From Eubacteriales bacterium (lineage in GTDB: Bacteria > Bacillota > Clostridia > Oscillospirales > CAG-272), in NCBI GenBank assembly GCA_045636245.1, contig JAZTXA010000146.1, positions 1 through 36,958 of the forward strand: a stretch of 36,958 nucleotides of DNA. Direction: 5' to 3'. The notes below the pieces were generated by a model, which was given only the letters and a program-made list of their open reading frames with translations, did no database searches and had not been told where the DNA came from. The stretch's first letter is position 1. Every line of letters begins with the position of its first letter. The translations under genes were made by a program, and so were the position numbers. Of this stretch, positions 33,353-36,958 are shown piece by piece.

Positions 33353-34570
33353 TTAAAAATCAACGTGTGTGCCGTAATAACAGCAGGTAAGAAGCTTTTC
33401 CATTTCCTTTTGTGATATACTTCTCGGATTGGAAAGTGTACATGCATCAAGCAGTGCTTCCTCGGCAATTTTCGGAACACGCTTCAAAAAGACATCCTCC
33501 GGCATAAAGCTATTATCTGACACATCTCCGTTTTCACCGCAGTTTTTAATGCAGGCGGGGATGCCGAGCGACCTGTTCATATTTTCAAGATATTCTGTGA
33601 GTTTTTTTATTTTTTCGTCTTCTGAGTCTGAGGATATGCCGAGTGTATCGGCGATAACGCAGTATTTCTTTTTTGCTCTTTCGTCCTTAGAGTTGAATTC
33701 AATTACTCTCGGCAGATACATTGCGTTTGCCGAGCCGTGTATTATATGCGAGCCGTAGTCCGCAAATGCCGCGCCTGTTTTGTGAGCCATAGAATGAACT
33801 ATGCCGAGCAGACCGTTTGTGAAAGCTATCCCCGCAAGACACTGCGCGTAGTGTACAGATTCGCGCTTGACGCTGTCACCCTCATATGAGCCTTTAAGGT
33901 CATTGCCTATCATCGCAATTGCAGATAATGCCAATGGATCCGTAAATGGATTTGCGGCAGTTGAAACGTATGCTTCAATGGCATGTGTCAGTGCATCCAT
34001 TCCTGTGTGAGCTGTCAGCTTCTTCGGCATGGTTTCGGCAATTGCAGGGTCAACTATTGCAACGTCGGGGGTTATTTCGTAATCGGCAATAGGATATTTT
34101 ATCCCCTTGTCATAGTCTGTTATTATCGAAAATGCAGTGACTTCCGTTGCTGAGCCCGATGTTGAGGACACAGCGCAGAATTTAGCTTTTTTGCGTAGCT
34201 TTGGCAGTCCGAAAACCTTTTTCATTTCGTCGAAAGATATATCGGGGTATTCGTATTTTATCCACATTGCCTTTGCTGCATCAATAGGCGAGCCGCCTCC
34301 GATTGCAACTATCCAATCGGGCTTGAAGCGTGCCATTGCCTCGGCACCCTTCATTACGGTGGTAACTGACGGATCAGGTTCTATGCCGTCAAAAATTTCG
34401 ACTTCAAACCCTGCATTTTTCAAATATTCTACCGCTTTGTCAAGAAATCCGAATTTCTTCATGGATGACCCACCCGTGCATATCATAGCACGGTGTCCTT
34501 CCAGATTTTCAAGCTCTTTTAAAGAATCGCGTCCGAAATAAATATCTCTCGGTATTGTAAAACGTGGCAT
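33353..34570 (-). CDS. Iron-containing (group III) alcohol dehydrogenase
   Basis: 405 aa. GGGSPIDAAKAM; His cluster HTGMDALTHAIEAY and HSMAHKTG...HG. GGAGA RBS. Confidence 0.85.
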   Translation of the reverse strand: MPRFTIPRDIYFGRDSLKELENLEGHRAMICTGGSSMKKFGFLDKAVEYLKNAGFEVEIFDGIEPDPSVTTVMKGAEAMARFKPDWIVAIGGGSPIDAAKAMWIKYEYPDISFDEMKKVFGLPKLRKKAKFCAVSSTSGSATEVTAFSIITDYDKGIKYPIADYEITPDVAIVDPAIAETMPKKLTAHTGMDALTHAIEAYVSTAANPFTDPLALSAIAMIGNDLKGSYEGDSVKRESVHYAQCLAGIAFTNGLLGIVHSMAHKTGAAFADYGSHIIHGSANAMYLPRVIEFNSKDERAKKKYCVIADTLGISSDSEDEKIKKLTEYLENMNRSLGIPACIKNCGENGDVSDNSFMPEDVFLKRVPKIAEEALLDACTLSNPRSISQKEMEKLLTCCYYGTHVDF

Positions 34571-34632
34571 AATTATCTCCTTAACATGTATTTTAAGAAG
34601 ATTATTTCCGAATTTTACTTATTTAATACACT

Positions 34633-35184
34633 TCAGGGATTATCGGGTGTATATTCAAGATATATTTCCCCATCAAGCGTTTTCCACAAAAATGTCTTCC
34701 CGTCAAATGTCATATAGCTGTTCGGAGAATCCTCCTTCGGAATCGACACCGAACCGGGGTTAATATACGTGTGCGTATCGTATTTTTCACATACGGGAAT
34801 GTGTGTGTGTCCGTGAAGCAAAATATCGTTTTTTGTAATGGGGGGAAGCTTACCGTTATTGTATACATGTCCGTGTGTTGCGTATATAAGTCCTTTTTCC
34901 ATCGGAATTACTGCGTAATCCGCAAGAACGGGGAAGGAAAGCACCATCTGATCGACCTCTGTATCGCAGTTTCCTCTGACGCAGAAAATTTGATCTTTCA
35001 TTCCGTTAAGCATTTCTATGACCTCTTTGGGAGCATATTCCTTAGGCAGATCATTTCTCGGTCCGTGGTAAAGAATGTCGCCTAAAAGCAGCATTCGCTC
35101 ACAGCCTTCCTTTTTGTAGGCCTCTACAAGCTTTTTACAGTAAAAAGCAGAGCCGTGTATATCCGATGCTATCATAAGCTTCAT
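34633..35184 (-). CDS. yfcE: Metallophosphoesterase, YfcE / MJ0936 family phosphodiesterase
   Basis: MKLMIASDIHGS, LLLGDILYHGPRN, VRGNCD, HGHV and LHGHTH motifs. Confidence 0.8.
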   Translation of the reverse strand: MKLMIASDIHGSAFYCKKLVEAYKKEGCERMLLLGDILYHGPRNDLPKEYAPKEVIEMLNGMKDQIFCVRGNCDTEVDQMVLSFPVLADYAVIPMEKGLIYATHGHVYNNGKLPPITKNDILLHGHTHIPVCEKYDTHTYINPGSVSIPKEDSPNSYMTFDGKTFLWKTLDGEIYLEYTPDNP

Positions 35185-35186
35185 AA

Positions 35187-35651
35187 TTATTTTCCTCCGT
35201 TTTTCATCAAATGCTCAAACAAAGCCATACAGCCGTCCAAAATATCGTCGAAAGCTTTATCAAACCGTCTTGTGTACCAAGGGTCGCTGACATCTCCGCC
35301 CTGTTTTGTATAATCCATAAGCTTGTGTATCTTACCGTCAGGATCCCCGTTTAATATAGATGTCATATTTCTTATATTCATACTGTCCATACCGATGAAA
35401 AGATCGTAATTTTCATAGTCGGAGCTTTTGAGCTTTACAGCATATTTTCCCGAACAGTCGATTCCATGACGCTTCATTTCCTCCCTTGACGGGGAATATA
35501 CGGGATTTCCAAGCTCCTCGGACGATGTGGCAGATGAAGCTATAATAAAGTCCTTTTCCATACCGTTTTTCTTTACTATATCACGAAAAACAAATTCCGC
35601 CGTAGGTGAACGGCAAATGTTTCCGTAGCAAACAAACATAACTCTTATCAT
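35187..35651 (-). CDS. Low-molecular-weight protein-tyrosine phosphatase
   Basis: Trimmed to MIRVMFVCYGNICRSP (CX5R P-loop). DP loop (VSDPWY). 154 aa. Confidence 0.85.
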   Translation of the reverse strand: MIRVMFVCYGNICRSPTAEFVFRDIVKKNGMEKDFIIASSATSSEELGNPVYSPSREEMKRHGIDCSGKYAVKLKSSDYENYDLFIGMDSMNIRNMTSILNGDPDGKIHKLMDYTKQGGDVSDPWYTRRFDKAFDDILDGCMALFEHLMKNGGK

Positions 35652-35739
35652 AAATATCAAATCCTTTTATTTTATATACTATATTATACATAGAAAAATA
35701 AAAAAATCAATAGCGAATGTGAATATTTTTGTTAAGCTA

Positions 35740-35768
35740 TTGACAAATTGGAAATGATGTGGTATACT
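35740..35768 (+). promoter_or_regulatory. Promoter of rimP-nusA
   Basis: TTGACA (35740-35745), a 17-nt spacer, then TATACT (35763-35768). Confidence 0.55.
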
Positions 35769-35789
35769 TGCAAAAGTAAAGTGAAGAAC

Positions 35790-35823
35790 GGAGGTGCTGA
35801 AAAACAGCACCTCTGAACTTTTT
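35790..35823 (+). terminator. Leader hairpin with a displaced U-tract (attenuator candidate)
   Basis: GAGGTGCTG-aaaaa-CAGCACCTC (9-bp stem), then TGAAC, then TTTTT. It lies about 30 nt before the rimP start. Confidence 0.4.
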
Positions 35824-35852
35824 ATAACGGCATATGCTGTAGTGAGGAGAAT

Positions 35853-36323
35853 ATGAAGAGTAAAAAAAATATTATTCAGACGGTAACTGAATTTGCAACA
35901 CCTCTTGCCGAGGAACTCGGATATATCATTTGGGATATAGAGTACGTTAAAGAGGGCGGCAAGATGGTCTTGCGTTTCACCATCGATAAGGAAGGCGGCG
36001 TTGGAATCGAAGACTGTGAAAAATTCCACCGCGCGATAGATGTTCTTATCGAAGAGGCGGATCCCATTGAGGATGCATATACTCTTGAGGTGTCATCCCC
36101 CGGCATTGAAAGGGAGCTTAAATATAATTGGCACTTCAATGCCGCAATAGGTCAGACAGTGCAGATAAAGCTTTATAAACCGCTTGACGGACAAAAAACA
36201 TTCGTCGGTGAGCTTGTAAGCTATGACGAAAATGTAACTTTGAACTGTTCGGGAAACAATATTGTGATACCGGCAGTTGAAGTCGCAAAAGCGAATATCT
36301 ATTTCGATTTTACCAATATATAA
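35853..36323 (+). CDS. rimP: Ribosome maturation factor RimP
   Basis: 156 aa. LGYIIWDIEYVKEGGKMVLRFTIDKEGGVGIEDCEKFHRAI and LEVSSPGIEREL. Confidence 0.9.
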   Translation: MKSKKNIIQTVTEFATPLAEELGYIIWDIEYVKEGGKMVLRFTIDKEGGVGIEDCEKFHRAIDVLIEEADPIEDAYTLEVSSPGIERELKYNWHFNAAIGQTVQIKLYKPLDGQKTFVGELVSYDENVTLNCSGNNIVIPAVEVAKANIYFDFTNI

Positions 36324-36360
36324 ATTTACTGATAAGTATCAAGGAGGATAACGGAAAAAA

Positions 36361-36958
36361 ATGGCGAAGGCAAAGGAAAATGCGGCGCTGTTCGATGCGC
36401 TTGACGATCTTCAGAGAGAAAGAGGAATACCGAAGGATTATATGCTTGAACGCTTGTCGGCAGCTCTTGTGAGCGCGTACAAGAAGGCATATTCAAACAG
36501 CACAAACGTAAAGGTCGTGCTTGATCCCGAAACAAAGGAATGCAGACTTTTCAGAGTCCTTACAGTAGTTGATGAGGTTACAGACGAAAACTGCGAAATT
36601 TCTCTTGAGGATGCAAAGAAAATAAGCAAAAGACATAAACTCGGTACAGTGATCGAGCTTGAAATAAAGACAAAAGAATTCAGCAGAACAAGCGCACAGA
36701 TCGCAAAACAGGTAATTATTCAGGGTATCAGAGAAGCTGAGCGCGGTATGCTGATAAAGGAATACGAAAACAAGAAGGAAGAAATAATGACAGCTACTGT
36801 CGTTGCAACGGATCTTGCATCGGGCGCTGTTATAGTAAATACGGGAACCAGTGAAGTTGCACTCACCAAGGGCGAACAGATACCCGGTGAAACATTCAAG
36901 GTCGGCGATCACGTCAAGGTTTTTGTGACGGAAGTAAATCACGAACCCAACCCTGAAG
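36361..36958 (+). CDS. nusA: Transcription termination/antitermination factor NusA (5' partial; runs off the window)
   Basis: Not in the ORF track because it is open-ended. ATG at 36361 follows AAGGAGG. The translation reads MAKAKENAALFDALDDLQRERGIPKDYMLERLSAALVSAYKK...AKQVIIQGIREAERGMLIKEYENKKEEI...GDHVKVFV, which covers the NusA N-terminal and S1 domains. Confidence 0.9.
   Translation, partial: MAKAKENAALFDALDDLQRERGIPKDYMLERLSAALVSAYKKAYSNSTNVKVVLDPETKECRLFRVLTVVDEVTDENCEISLEDAKKISKRHKLGTVIELEIKTKEFSRTSAQIAKQVIIQGIREAERGMLIKEYENKKEEIMTATVVATDLASGAVIVNTGTSEVALTKGEQIPGETFKVGDHVKVFVTEVNHEPNPE

Noticed and set aside
35679-36029. 116-aa minus-strand ORF between the LMW-PTP gene and rimP.
   Set aside because: It overlaps the rimP promoter, leader and 5' coding region. 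It is AT-rich and hydrophobic by composition and has no RBS.
1-36958. A scan for CRISPR arrays, IS or transposase genes, integrases, prophage genes and rRNA.
   Set aside because: None were seen. The only repeats are the short hairpin families, the MITE-like inverted repeat and the in-frame tandem repeats reported above.

Overview
This window looks like chromosomal DNA from a low-GC Firmicute, probably a Clostridia or Oscillospiraceae-like anaerobe. That guess rests on gene content and codon style only. All calls were made by eye from the translations and the DNA, with no searches run.

Most of the window is housekeeping:
- hydE plus a TM1266-type hydrogenase regulator
- a glycine riboswitch driving an alanine/glycine:cation symporter
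- pdxK, a hemolysin-III protein, an HMA protein and purC
- an Lhr-like helicase and a GNAT
- a preQ1-I riboswitch driving a YhhQ-type transporter plus an SDR
- a cyclase-family protein and tRNA-Leu(CAA)
- nadA-nadB-nadC-niaR
- an L19 leader plus rplS
- a NUDIX-nfnA-nfnB-nadK block
- an Fe-ADH, a YfcE-like phosphoesterase and an LMW-PTP
- rimP and a partial nusA

No CRISPR array, transposase, integrase or phage genes were seen.

The stand-out region is a roughly 12.8 kb seven-gene unit at 9700-22488 with one promoter and one terminator. It encodes:
- a 1004-aa binding protein with two tandem CBM-like modules
- two complete MalFG-type permease pairs
- a signal-peptide/NHL-propeller/TPR/Yip1 fusion membrane protein
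- a 1138-aa acidic secreted protein of unknown function

It has no ATPase and no regulator gene. I read it as an uncharacterised surface capture, processing and import machine, probably for a glycan.

Secondary observations:
- a MITE-like inverted-repeat element and palindromes upstream of that operon
- two hairpin-repeat families
- 12-bp-phased direct repeats over the nadA promoter
- an SDR under preQ1 control
- a terminator-like hairpin in the rimP-nusA leader
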